64,000 nucleotides of DNA from Dipteris shenzhenensis (taxonomy: Eukaryota), in NCBI GenBank assembly GCA_047967505.1, contig CM106538.1, one strand, 5' to 3'. Positions 25,580-38,595 of this stretch are shown here, piece after piece. The position numbers were made by a program, and so were the translations under genes. Each line of letters starts with the position of its first letter. Position 1 is the first letter of the stretch. The notes under the pieces are model-generated. The model was given only the letters and a program-made list of their open reading frames with translations, had not been told where the DNA came from and ran no database searches.

Positions 25580-26075
25580 TGAGTGATGGCTCGCTTTGGC
25601 CAGCTGGATTCACCTCGCCTAAGCTGAGAGAAAAGAGAGAGAAATATGCCATATGTTTGTGCTTGCTTGCTTTTTTGTGTGTGCTTGCATGATGTGTTTC
25701 ACTTGGGGCCAAATGATGACTCGCTTTAGCCAGTTGGATTCATCTTGCCTCAAGTGATATTCTAGTAGTGTCATGATTAAGGTCGAGTGATAGCTGGCTT
25801 CGGCCGGTTGGATTCACCTCATCCCAATTGAGAGAGAGGAATATGTGTGATGCTTATCACTTGGGGCTAGATGATGAATTGCTTCAGTTGGTTGGATTCA
25901 TCTCACCTTGAGTGATGTTCTATTAGGTAGTATCATGATCAAGGGCCGCTCCAGCCGGTTGGATTCATCTCACTTTGGTCTAGTATCATATATTTATATA
26001 TATTGTACGTAGTTGTCAATAGAGCCACTTATTTTCCGGATGATAGCTCACTTTGGCCGGCTGGATTCATCTCGA
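25580..26075. repeat. Six dispersed copies of a ~35 bp motif (GCTCGCTTTGGCCAGCTGGATTCACCTC-like)
   Basis: Copies near 25585, 25715, 25788, 25872, 25945 and 26040. Confidence 0.8.
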
Positions 26076-26522
26076 CGATGACCTTCCCAATGTGCTCAAG
26101 ATGTGTGATCACACAATGTTGATCTAGATCATCTTGGTTCATTACATCGTGATTGCGGTTATATGTTTTCCTATTTCATTTTTTATAGCCTATCCTTCTT
26201 CGATAGCTTGATAGGGTTTCTTGGAGTAATTTGTATGAGGCACGCTATTGCTTGTAGGGTTCTCATTATAATTATCTATTAGAAATCCATGTTAGCATGT
26301 CCGTAGATCTCAATTTTATTTCTTGATTTTTTTGCATTTGTTTTTGTAATGACTATTGAGTGTTAATGTAATGCATTATGATTGGACCTAGATGTCTCAA
26401 TTACTTAATTGCTATGCGTTGGTTTTTGTATGTACACGTCATGACTCATCGTGGTAGTAGAACCTCACGAGTGCTTACGTAATTGTTGTTGTGTGAATTA
26501 GATCCATACCTCTACCTTCCTC

Positions 26523-27996
26523 ATGGCAGCCACCCCTTCAAAGAGAGAGAGACACACTTGGAGAATCGAGTTGCAACACCTTGTTTGTAGGGTGTGCGTT
26601 CGACATATTATATCATTGAGTGAGGAGAAAATAAGAGAGATTTTGCATACCAAGTCTAAGCTGGATAAAATGCATCAGTGCATACTTGCTCAATTTGATT
26701 GTAGCTAGATGAGGTGTGGAGAGGTGGAGCGGACAGAGGAGAACGAGGCTAAACTAAATTTCCTACCTAGAGTGCTGGATCATATAGTGTACAATGGGAA
26801 ATGGTAAAGCAATATTCAGAGCCCTTGATAGATGCAGCAAGGTCAAAGTTGGATAGGTGGCTTGTAGAAAGAATCCCATGCTGCCATTCATAGGAAAAAT
26901 CGAAAGGAAAAAGGTGCGGTCGGTAGACTATCAAATGTTGCCATGCGCGCAATATTATACCCAGTTGCTAGTGGCTCATAAAAAAGAATAGACACAATAA
27001 GTCAAGATGGCAAGGCACAAATAGACTTGTGCACAAAGTTTGCAGACGTGCTCTACAATGGTACACTTCCCACTATTAACATCGACAATTAATCTTGAGG
27101 CATTAGGTAGGGGAGTGGAAGGAAAAGCATACCAAGTTAATATAAAGGGTGTGCCAGGTTTCAAGCCAACCCTATCTTATGCTCACAAGAAGTTGAGGCA
27201 CGATACTGCACATGCACATAGATCATTGAAGATAGAGCTAGCCATGACTGTAATGCATAGGGCCGTGTGTCACGCAATTGGTTACATACACATTAGTGAT
27301 CTTTTGTTAATCAGTCCATACTTCAATGGAGGTAGTATTCACGACATGCTCATGAGCCTACCTTCCATGTATCATGATTATCCAAACTGGGCAAGGTGAG
27401 GCAACCCTCGTGAGCAACCCGGCAATGCATGGCATGATACACAAATGCGAGAACACCTATTCTATAAGAATGCTCTTGCCATTTGCACAGCTATTGCTAG
27501 TGCGATGAAAGAAGTGCATAAGAGGGGGTTCAGACACACTGATTTGAATGCCAGAAACTATGTGATGGATTTCACACTAGATGGGAAATCTGCATGGATG
27601 AGCATTATTGATTGGGGCAGGTGTCTCCACAGAACTAAGAGTAGGTTCAGGCACATGCTCCAAAGTCAAGATTTCCTTACACCAGAGCTTTACACAAGAA
27701 ACGATGCTATACCTCAATCAAATGGCGCATGGTCAGCCATGTCAGATTACTATGTTGTCGGTCGATTACTTGTTGAAATAGCCAACTTCCTTGTGGGGTG
27801 CAGGTCCGCACTATCAAGTGATGAAATATACTCAGGGCATGTAATCAAGCTGTTATGGGATTGTAAACTCCACTTGTGCTAGAATGAGCCTCGGGAATGG
27901 ATGAAAATGGAATCACTGCTAACTAAACTTCATGCACACGGTGTTAATGAACATGACGCAATGCGTCCAATGGGCGATATGAAAACGTATCTATAA
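26523..27996 (+). pseudogene. Divergent intronless protein kinase with N-terminal extension, disrupted
   Basis: LGRGVEGKAY (Gly loop), YAHKK (beta3 Lys), PYFNGGSI, HKRGFRHTDLNARN (catalytic loop), IIDWG, FLTPE, SDYYVVG. ORFs 27040-27399 and 27445-27882 share a frame, with stops at 27397 and 27880; the frame closes at 27996. Confidence 0.85.
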
Positions 27997-28252
27997 AATT
28001 GTAATTTTGACATATCATCATATTTCCAGTTGCAAGTCCCGTAGTTTTTAAATATTCCTAAATTAAAATTTGCACTGTTTTGAAATGGATGTTGGATAAC
28101 ATCATTGGTTTTTAGGGTTTATGTTTTGAAATTTTGAGAAAACAATCTTCTACAATAGGATAAGAAGCAAATGTGTTTAAATGTATGTATGTATCATGTC
28201 CTGAACTCATATCTTTGCTATTATGTTTAGGGTTTAGAATTTCAACAAAACA

Positions 28253-29463
28253 ATGGCATCATCATCAAGAGAACCCTCTTGACCATCCACATAGGCCAAG
28301 TACCAAGCCCGAACGCACACGTGGTAGTCAAGCAATGAAGTTCATGATGGATGTGGTTGATGCTACCACGCATCTATCATTAAAAGAGCAAACAAAGGAA
28401 ATTTCCGCTCCCAATATTTTCCACAACCCTAATGGCATGAAGTACTCATCTATAGAGGTCCTCATCTTGGATGACAATTTATTGGCTATATGGGATTGTA
28501 CCAAAAATGTCCCAAGCCACGAGCAATGGTCCCTTACACAGTGTTATAATGAAAGGATGAAAGAGAATGCACAATGCATCTGGGAGATGAGCTTTGCTAG
28601 GAAATTTGACTCTGAAATTCCCAAATACTTTGCAAAGATGCTATATGCAAAGTTTGTGCTTGGTCATGAAGTGGACTTTGCCTCAGTCACTCGAGTACAC
28701 AAGGAGCCATGTACGTAAAGCACCAGACCCATGGTAGTTGAAACTCCAAAAAGCATCGACAGTCGAGTGTCAGGTGAATATGATATTTAAATATGTCGAT
28801 TATTTACTTTTGGTTTTTTTTGAAGAATTCCAACCCAACATCAATTGATAAGTTTTTATGTGACTTTATTGAACGTGTAGCCTCTATCACAAGTGAAGAA
28901 CTCTATATGAATATCAAAGAGGGAGCTAGACAGGGAGTGAAGGATGTCACATTTACGACTGCCACTGTACGAGATGAAACTATGGATCATCGATGAGTGC
29001 TACAAGAACTTGAGCAAGTGAGGAGCGACAATGAAATATTGCATGCACAATTATCCCAAACTGGCCAGTGGCTTGATATCGACAATGCGTATGTGGAGAT
29101 GTGCATAATAGCAAGCAATTATTCTCAACAAGCACATGATGCACAATCCACCTTACAACATTTTGAAGAAGGGGCGTAGTCTCGATAATCAGTCATGATT
29201 TTGTTGGCCTCGCCATGATGCCTACAACATTACAATACATCATGGATGGGCCATGTTGCCCAATCTACCAAGATCATTTTGACAGGGCCACAAGATACTA
29301 TGCCCTCCCTTGTGATCATCCCTTTCACCTTGTCTATCTTGTGAACACTTTAAAGGTGAGAAGTGCATGTGCGACATGCAATGCTACTGTGGCATGTGAG
29401 TTGTATGACATGCTCGGCATCGGCGCAACATACTATCCCGATCCGAGGCTACGTACAATTTAA
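28253..29463 (+). pseudogene. Unknown N-terminal domain, coiled coil and C-terminal RING-H2 finger, disrupted
   Basis: CPIYQDHF...LPCDHPFHLVYL...ACATC fits C3H2C3 spacing with two Cys replaced by Tyr (TAC, TAT). LQELEQVRSDNEILHAQL is coiled-coil-like. Upstream FAKMLYAKFVLGHEVDFA domain is unassigned. Confidence 0.72.
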
Positions 29464-30539
29464 ATAATGAGAGGAAGAATTTTGTATACAAACATATTTA
29501 TAATATAAAATTAATTTTTGGACATGTGTTATCTATTTGCAATAACTATTTTGAAGGTTTGTTTCAAAGGTGTATTGAATTAATATTCTTGTTACAATGG
29601 TGTATTTTCAATTCTGAAGAAATTTGTTTATGATGATAATGGAAATGGATCTTATTCTCATAAATGTAATGCTTTGTTTTAGTAGTCGACCATCTCCATG
29701 GTGATCATCCTTGCTATACTCATGCTTATCACTAGCATGGTGCTCGGGGTGACGATTATTTGTGGCTGTTTCATGCTCGAGGTGACGATTTTTTGTGTCT
29801 ATTTCATGGTGCATATTCTACTGGGGGCTTAGTGCACCCCACGTGCCACCTACTGGCGCATGAGTCAGCTAGAGAATAGTCTTGATAGCATATTATATGC
29901 GTGTAGCCATCTGTTGGCTTAGTTTTTGCTGTGGTAATTTTGTATTGATATTGCCATATACTCGATATTGTATGAATATTTCCATGTTACGGCCTATTTT
30001 TTTTATGGGCTCATTTCGTATGGATAGTGCTAGCCCATTTTTTGTAACAATAATATTTTCAAATGGTGGACACGCAATCTCCAAGTTAGATTATTACTGT
30101 GAAAAGGCTGAAGTGCTCCATGTTGAATTGTTAAAAATGCAATGTTTGTTGAAAATTGCTGAATTCATTAACATGGATGCATTGATTGTTGAAAATTATT
30201 GAAGTAATTAATGTGGATGCATTATTATTGTCATACTTTGAAGTGGAATTGTAAATAATGCAATGTCTACACCACTTAAATAGGGTCCACTCGAGGAACT
30301 TTAATAAGAGATCGTAGTTTGCAAATGATAATTTTAACATCCTTCAGTCAACTTGCAAAACTAGGAATAAGTGCAATTGCTGAAGTAATTATTATGAGCA
30401 TGATTTGAAGTGAAATAAATATTCAATATTAGTTTCACCATATTCACCCTTTGCAAAATCAATTTCACCATATGTCAATTCAAAATTAAAAAGGTGATTT
30501 ACAATGTCTCAAAACAATAATGTTGGACAACAAGTCGCA

Positions 30540-30993
30540 AAATGGTAGCAACAAGAGTTTGCAGGGCCCTAATCTCTTGGTCCCTTGCATTTTCAAATTC
30601 TTTCATGCACATCACCCAAGAAATGCAACCTCCTTCTTAAGCAAGAGCCAATGTATGCCTGATGACAGACATTACATCTCCACCATCCACCGTCTAGCAT
30701 CATAACATTATTATCCACATGTGCGACAACTTCACCTGCATCTTTAGACTGCATTGTTATGTCAACATCAATGCTAGTAGGTGGCTATAAAATGGCGGGC
30801 TGCCACTCTTTGTGCACCATCGTCTTTGCAACGTGGCATTGTCCTATTGACATCTTCCACGAAGTGCTATAACATCCTCATCGGTGAGCCTCGAAATTCT
30901 TGATGGCAAATATCACATCTCCAACGATTTCCTGCTATCATTGGTAACATAGTTGCATGCTGCTGTTGAACCTCCATTTCTCTCTGGAGCCAT
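30540..30993 (-). pseudogene. Gene with two tandem BED zinc fingers, disrupted
   Basis: Manual translation gives MAPER...WRCDICHQEFRGSPMRML*HF...MPRC and WRCNVCHQAYIGSCLRRRLHFLGDVHERI*KCKG, both similar to the transposase BED finger. Confidence 0.75.
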
Positions 30994-33900
30994 CGCATAC
31001 TGTCAAATTAAGGTGTTCAGTTAATTCAATTGCTTTCATAATCATCAAAAACAATTTATTTCTTTGAAATGCATTTTTAACCTAACTTCCAACATGTGAG
31101 TACTCCATGCAAGCTTGCTAGACCTCGAGAGAGAGAAATCATCCAACTGTCTTGCCCCCTCCCAACGTGGTAATCTACCTATTAAAATAGGCATGGGATA
31201 GCAAATCACCTTTTCCCACATCCTTCTCTCTCCTTAGTAAGCATCTATCTGCACTATGATCATCCGCAACATCATGTTCTATTGACAGATGTCGGTATTT
31301 TACACACACTAGTGCAGTAGCTAGCATCACTTACATAATTACATTAAGGTTCCAAGAGGGTTCAAGCAATCGGATAATCTGTTCCAAGTTTGAACATTGA
31401 AGTAAAACAATTGTAATACCATCTAAATACTGTAGCAGTACTTCCAATTGGTATGATATCCATCAACAAAATTGATGACATCAATGTACGTCAATTTTAT
31501 TTTAACAGAACGTAAGCACGATTGTAATACCATCTAAATGTTGTAGCATAATTTCCAATTGATATGACTTCAATTAACAAAATTGATGTGGATGTCAAAC
31601 AAAAAAATGCTTTAACATAATTTCCAATGGGTGTGACATCAATTAACAAAATTGGTATCATGTCAATCAATTAGCTAGCATAATATTTAATAAGTCAGAA
31701 TGTAAGCATGATCAATAGTGTATATAGTATTTCACGCCTGGGAATGATTGCTCATGAGTGATCACAAAGTTTCCTCATCCTCCTCATCGCTAGAGCTTAC
31801 TTCGACTGCTGCGACTTGCAATTGTCCAACAATGGGAGGATCATGCAACAGACCTGGGAGATCACAATGTGCCAACTTGGCTAAATCTCCATCATTGCTC
31901 CCTCCCTTAACATCATCCAAAACTCTACCATTTGCATAAACATATACCAATTTCTCTGCTCTTCTGTCTTCAAGTGATTTCTTGTGACTGAATGAACAAA
32001 CTTGTAATTACTCGAATTTCGTTCACTCTTCGAGTTGCTACAAGGCTGGCATAGCACTTTCAATGCCAACGTTTACAAATGAGGTGTCAAAGCTCCACTT
32101 ACTTCCCACCATCTCCATGCAGGCATCTCCTTTGCAAGGTATCCTATTCTTGTATATGCAAACAACCCTTCCCTATTTCGAAAAGTGGATACTTCCTTGA
32201 TAGCAGTAGCATATTCAGATCTATCCTCAAAAAATCATCCCAAGAGATTATGCCAAGGCTACATTATGTGTTCCAATGTTTTCGGATGATACTCCCGCCA
32301 TTGGGGATCTAGAATATGGCCAGCATAGTGGAGGAGGTCATTGTGAGCATGATTCTATCACTTTTAAAACATTTTTTGCAAAGTGACACGATGAACGGCG
32401 CTGTAGCCAATGTTGTCACTTGTGGATCTTCTATTTTCCTTTAAGAGGTCCCGCTCAGCAATCCACCATGCCATGTAAGCATTGCCCAAACATGGATCTT
32501 TCACATCTAATTTCCAAATGACAAACCATACCAGCCTCATTGCATCAGCCGCATCACCTATTCTCTTCCAAAAGCTAGCAGTGTGAGCCATTTGCTTTAT
32601 CTCTATGAATTCAATGCGAGCATTTTGTGCGGTTGACTCAACTATCCACTTGCTAGCTTCTACACTGAATAATGTCTCCGTTACAGCTCCATGTAGCTTG
32701 AGCAAATGGTCCAACATTATATAATTTGTTCTGAAATGTGTTTTGCCAAGTTTCAAAAATTGTAGTGGATGTTCTACAAGTTTGTGGTTCTTGAATATGC
32801 CCAACAATCTCTCATGGTTGAGGAATTATAATACCAAATTTTCCTTCATCTACACTAGCTTTGAACCACACAATCTCTACTGATTTATACTTATCCTCAA
32901 GCACAAGGTCAAGGCAATGGCAAGAGCATGATGATGCCCAAATGGTAGGATATTTTTTATTTATATTTTTTCCAGCTTTCCTACAGTTCTTCACATTATC
33001 CATGATTATCTAAACAATGTTATGCTCCCCAACATCTAAGATTGCAACCTCCAGTTGTTCAGCAATGTATTTATCTATCTTGGCATTACCACTTGTGTCA
33101 ATGGATTGACGAAAAGCCTCCGCCTTAAATGTCACTACCATGATATTGATAAGAGGCCTCTTGGTGACATTTTTCCATCCATTAATAACAATGGTACATC
33201 CTGTTCTCTCAATACCATTGTATACTACTTGCTCCATCTCTAGTTTCATCCTCTCATAGTATGCATCCAAGTAGTTGTTGCAGACAGCATTGTAACTAGG
33301 CAACGTAAAGCTTGGACCCGAAGCTTGGACCTGTCGCCTTTCCTACATATGCCATAGCTCTCTTCCAATGCGGGTTTTGAACCATGCTTAGTGGGTAACC
33401 AGTGTGACAAATGGCCTCAAAAACATCTTGTTGCACTTTCTCTATATGACTCTTCCAAAGATCTTTGATGCAGACACGAACGCGATTGCGAATGAGAAAT
33501 GTCACTACATTGTCCATTATCCATATACTTCATGTTGTCATCTGTGTGAATGAGGCCACACCACTATTTTGAGGTGGCACATCTACAAATTGACTAGCTG
33601 GAGGTGTGAGTAAATCATCAGGCATACGTTCTTGAGGCTAGGATTGGTGATGTGCGACTATATCATCTACCTAGTTATCTATACTTTTAGGCATTTGGCT
33701 GCCTAGAGTGGCTAAAACTCTCTCAAGTCCTGGCCCCTTGCATTTTCCAATCTATTTGTTGCTATCACCCAAGAAATGCTTTTGCATTCTTGTGCCGGAG
33801 CCTGATTACTCTTTATGACAAAAGTTTCATTTCCACTTCCTGTTAGGCAACATCGTAACGTAATCGTGAGCCTTTGTTGGATTTCTTACTTGTTTTTTAA

Positions 33901-35306
33901 GAGCCATGCTTCCAATAAAGGCTGTAAGAGAAACATACAAAAACTTATATAAGTTCTATGTATATTCACATTAGTAATCATGTTTTGGATACTCCCATAT
34001 CATTTAGGATCTAGGACACATCACATTATCTTAAATCATTTGTAGTTCTACATCCAAAATCAATGTGGCTATTTGCAACACTGACTTAGAATACTCCATG
34101 CAAGCTTGCTAGACCTCGAGAGAGAGAAATCATCCAACTGTCTTGTCCCCTAACGAAATAATTGGATGATTGTGAATGTGGTAATCTACCTCTTGAAATA
34201 GGCATGGGATGGCAAATTGCCTTTTCCCACGTTCTTCTCTCTCTCGGGTAAGCATCTATTTGCACCATGATCATCCGCAACATCATGCTCTATTGATGGA
34301 TGTCAGTAGTTTATACACATTGGTGCAGTAGCTAGCATCACTTACACAAGTACTTATAAATAATTTTACTACTACTTTCTAAGCTATGAAAAATTGTTTT
34401 ACTACTACTTTCTAAGCTAGGAGAAATTGTTAACCTAATATCCTCAACTCTCAATTTTTCTTTTTAGTGTATATATGTACTATGATGTTTGAGTTCTAAT
34501 AAAAGCTACAAATTAAAAAGTGTGTAATATATTCATATCTAATTTGTTTCACCTAATAATCTATAAAACACAAGGATAGTGAACCTATGTATACCACTAT
34601 CTTTCCACATATACGCAACATAATTTTGTGAGTTGCTATGAGCCAGCAATTGCGAGCTCCACAACTAGGTAGACTTCGAGCGAGATGCAAAACCCGCAAC
34701 CGGCTCAAAGTCAAATATTTCCTCATCAATTTTATATACTAGTTTGTAGAGTTTCAGTAATATAAAGTATGAATTTTACCCACATACGAGATGTTCCAGG
34801 TCAGCCTAAGTGAACATCCATCCGGCACATGGTATAATATTATTCATCAACGAATGAGTTGTTACAGGTTGGCTTAAGTGAACCTCTCACTGGCCCATTG
34901 AATTTTTCTTTAGGTATAGTTACAAGCTATAGTTGCATGCTTATAAATAAATACATATGCTAAAAGTAAGAGAATCATACACACAAACATAAACTATTCC
35001 AAAAGTAAATCATTTCATGCACTAATGTCTGCTCTACCATTTTCCTAAATTTTGCTAGTATCCATCTACTATATTTGATGCATCTAGAATGAAATCTTAA
35101 GTTATGAAACTAAACTAAAATTCCAAGCCATGCAACTACCTAGTCCTAAGTGACAAGTCATTCCAAAGATTTTACAATCTATACAAGTAATGTAACTTAT
35201 ATACTTCATCATAAAATCAAAATCATCCATTTTTTCAAAGCTAAGTACAATGTCACATGCAACTAACTTACTCTTCACCTAATAGTATGTATAATGTAAC
35301 TACTAA
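30751..35306 (-). mobile_element. hAT-family module, copy 2
   Basis: Collinear with 3766-8510; cut on the right by the truncated LTR of Copia element 2. Confidence 0.8.
31740..33907 (-). pseudogene. hAT transposase (BED, DUF659, dimerisation domain), copy 2, disrupted
   Basis: GCTIVINGWKNVTKRPLINIM; MDNVKNCRKAG...CSCHCLDLVLED; KVLCQPCSNSKSERN; VYVYANGR. Confidence 0.9.
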
Positions 35307-35308
35307 TA

Positions 35309-35580
35309 GATCTGACTACCACCCTCATAGCTATAAAGAGACAATCTCCCTAGTCCATTGTATCAAATCAATTCAGATCAGATCAGATCTTCGAGCTAGT
35401 ATCTCTTCACCTAGTATCTGTCTAGATCACCATCTAAGCTCCACTGTGGGAGCACATGGGTGGACGGAGCCATCATCTGTACTACATCAATATTGAAAGA
35501 AAATTTTGTTCATCTCCAATTTGCTATGTACTCTCTATTCTTTGTTCAATTTTTGTTCCGCTGCATCGTGTAATTTAACA
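35309..35580 (+). repeat. 5'-truncated 5' LTR of Copia 2
   Basis: Aligns with 46786-47039; both end GTGTAATTTAACA. Confidence 0.88.
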
Positions 35581-35654
35581 TAATATCAAAGCCCAGGCAG
35601 CTCTAAGGATCAAAGAGCAGAGGAGAGGCAAGGGCTTCAATAGTATACAGAGTG

Positions 35655-38595
35655 ATGGCAATAGGAAGTGGCTCGAGTTGAGTAGCTGCAGCTGCACCAA
35701 CAATCTAGGCATTGAGGATTCACCCACCAACCTTCACTGAAGGCAAGCTAGATGGTACAAGCTACACTCTGTGGAAGTTTAAAATTACTGCTATTCTAGA
35801 TTCATATGAGCTTCTAGAGATAGTACTAGGGACTGACCCAGAACAATAAGGAACCCCCAACCCAGCAAATTCGGGGACTACGATACCTCCTAATGCCGAC
35901 TTTCTACGAGCTTGGAAATGCAAGAATGCAGATGCTCTGTGTGCCTTGGTTACAAGTACTACTGATAGTGTTTTGACCTTGATTTAGCATACATCTATGG
36001 CAACTGTGGCTTGGAACATATTGAAGAGTTAGTATGAGATGCAGAATCATACAAGGATCCAGAACCTGGAGAATCAGCTCATAGCTGAGAAGTTTAATGA
36101 AGGACAGATAGTGGAGGCATTCATAACCCGAATCAAAAATCTGCGTGACCAGATGGCTAGTGCTAGGATACAAAAGACTAGTGAAGAGCTAGCTCGGCAG
36201 TGTCTCTGAATATGTCTGCCAAGGTTTGATGGACTAGTAACAACACTTAACACTCATGTGAGACCCCAACCATTGTCATTTGAGGAGTTCTATACTTTAC
36301 TTATGGAGGAGGAATTGAGGCTTAAAGCTCAAGATGGAGACAACAATGGGGATGCTGCGTTCTCTGCCACTGTGAAAGACAAAGGTGGTTCCTCCACCAA
36401 AGGTGAGTCCTCTACTAGTGGTGACAAAAAGAAGGGCAGCAAGAAGAAGTTTTAGGGAGAATGCTTCTAGTGCAAGAAGAAGGGCCATGTGATTGCAGAT
36501 TGCCGGTACAATAAAGCAGATATATGAAAAGAATGGTACCCTGAAGAAGATAGATAAGGGGAAAGAGATAGCTAACACAGCGGAAGCAAAGTTGGATCTA
36601 TTTCTGGCCATTGAGGAAGAGTGTTTCTCATTTCAAGAAGTGTCAACCATGGATTCATGTGTGTTGGATAGTGGTGCCTCTCGTCACATGACCTGCAAGA
36701 AGGGTCTATATTGTTCCATGCAGCCTCTACAAGAACCCATCACCATGGCGGTTGGAAATAATGCAAAATGCTCTGTTGAGGGTATAGGTATGGCTTCATT
36801 TGTTTCTGTAAATGGAGATGTTAAGAAACTATGTAGTGTGTTGTATGTTCCACAAATCAAGAGAAATTTGCTATTAGTTTCTTCCATAACTGACCTTGAC
36901 CATGAGGTTAGGTTCAACAAGACGAGCAAAAATTATGGATAGAGCATGCTGGCAATTTTGTTGGCACAAGAGTAAGGAGGAACAACCTGTATGAGCTAAG
37001 TACTCTTACAGCCACCACTAGAGTAGGCACAAGCAACCTTTGGCATGAAATATTTGGCCACATTGGATTTGTAGTGCTGAAAGAGATGTAGAAGCAAGGT
37101 ATGGTTGCTCACTTACCTACAGTAGCAGAAATCAAAGAACCGTGTGAAGCTTGCATGATGGGCAAGCAACAAAGGAAGGCATTCCCACAAGAAAGCAAGA
37201 ATAGAGCAAACGCTCCCCTAGAGTTTATGCATGTTGACTTGTGCGATAAGATGCCTACACGGGCCTTGGGGGGATCTTCCTATTTTTTATTGATTGTCGA
37301 TGACTATAGTAGGAAGATGTGGGTGTACTTTCTTCGCGAAAAGGCTCAAGCTTTTGGTAAACTGAAAGAATGCCTACAGCTTGTTGAAAATGAAACATGG
37401 AGAAAAGTGAAGAAAATTAGATCAGATGGTGGTGGTGAGTTTGTTTCTATAGAGTTTGGAGATTTTTGCAAGAGCAAAGGGATCAAGCAACAAATGATGA
37501 CACCACATATGCCTCAGCAAAATTCAGTTGTTGAACGCCGAATGTGGACCACCGTGGAGATGGGGAGGTGTATGTTGAAAAGTGCTGGATTGCCAAACCA
37601 CTTTTGGGCTGAGGCTATCAATACTATGGTTTACATCCTTAATCGTAGCTATACAAAGGCACTGAAGGTAAAACACCACATGAGGCTTACAGCGGTAAGA
37701 AGTCATTTGTCTCCCATTTCAGAATGTTTGGGTGTGAATGCTATGCGCATGTACCAGACAAAGGGAGAAACAAGCTACAACCAAAAAGCACCAAATGTAT
37801 CTTCTTAGGCTATTGTGATGACAAGAAAGCCTATAAGTTGTATGACTGAGAGGAAAAGAAGATCATAGCGAGCTGCAATGTGGTGTTCAGGGAGCAACCA
37901 CATGCAGTGGAGGCAGAGAAGAGCTCTTCCACTTTATCATCAAACGAAGAGGTAATTCACTATGGACCTATCCTAGGAGCTATAAAGGAGGAGGAAATAT
38001 CAGATGATGAAGGTATAAGTCACCAACCTGTTGTTACACCACCAGAAAATCCATTACCATGATGGGTAAGGCAGCTCTATGACCATGATAACTAGATGCC
38101 TATGTCTGTTGAGCAGGATCCAGATGGACCAAGGCAGTCTCAAAGAATCGAGGAGCAAAGGAGGGCTTCTGCTCACATAGTCAATATGGCCTTGATGGCT
38201 GAGATTATTGCAAATGTAAAGGAGCCTGTGAGTTTGGAGAAAGCACTTGCAGACCGAGATTGGAAAAATGCTATGCAAGTAGAATATGACAGCATCACGA
38301 AGAATGAAACTTGGGAGTGGTAGATTGACCACCCAACACAAAGGTTATTGGCACCAAGTGGGTTTGGAAGGTAAAGTACAAGGCTAATGGGACTTTGGAA
38401 AAGTACAAAGCAAGATTGGTTGCACAAGGATTTTCGTATGTTGAAGGGTTTGATTTTCAAAAATCTTTCACTCCAATTGCTAGAATGACCACTATTCGCA
38501 CAGTACTATCGATGGCTGCTCATAAAAAGTGGCCAGTTTATCAAATGGATGCTAAATTTGTATTCTTGAATGGTGACCTCAAGGAGGAGGTGTAC
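35655..38595 (+). pseudogene. Copia gag-pol 5' part (gag, protease, integrase, start of RT)
   Basis: KLDGTSYTLWKFKI; VLDSGASRHMT; HVDLC...IVDDYSR...RSDGGGEF...PQQNSVVERR; KYKARLVAQGFS; QMDAKFVFLNGDLKEEVY. Confidence 0.93.

Noticed and set aside
29608-29814. His-rich 68 aa ORF
   Set aside because: Derived from a short ~36 bp repeat; no recognisable domain.
34086-34286. SRGLASLHG as a kinase subdomain VIa fragment
   Set aside because: Lies in the 260 bp repeat; no catalytic loop follows and I saw no comparable ORF in the other copies.
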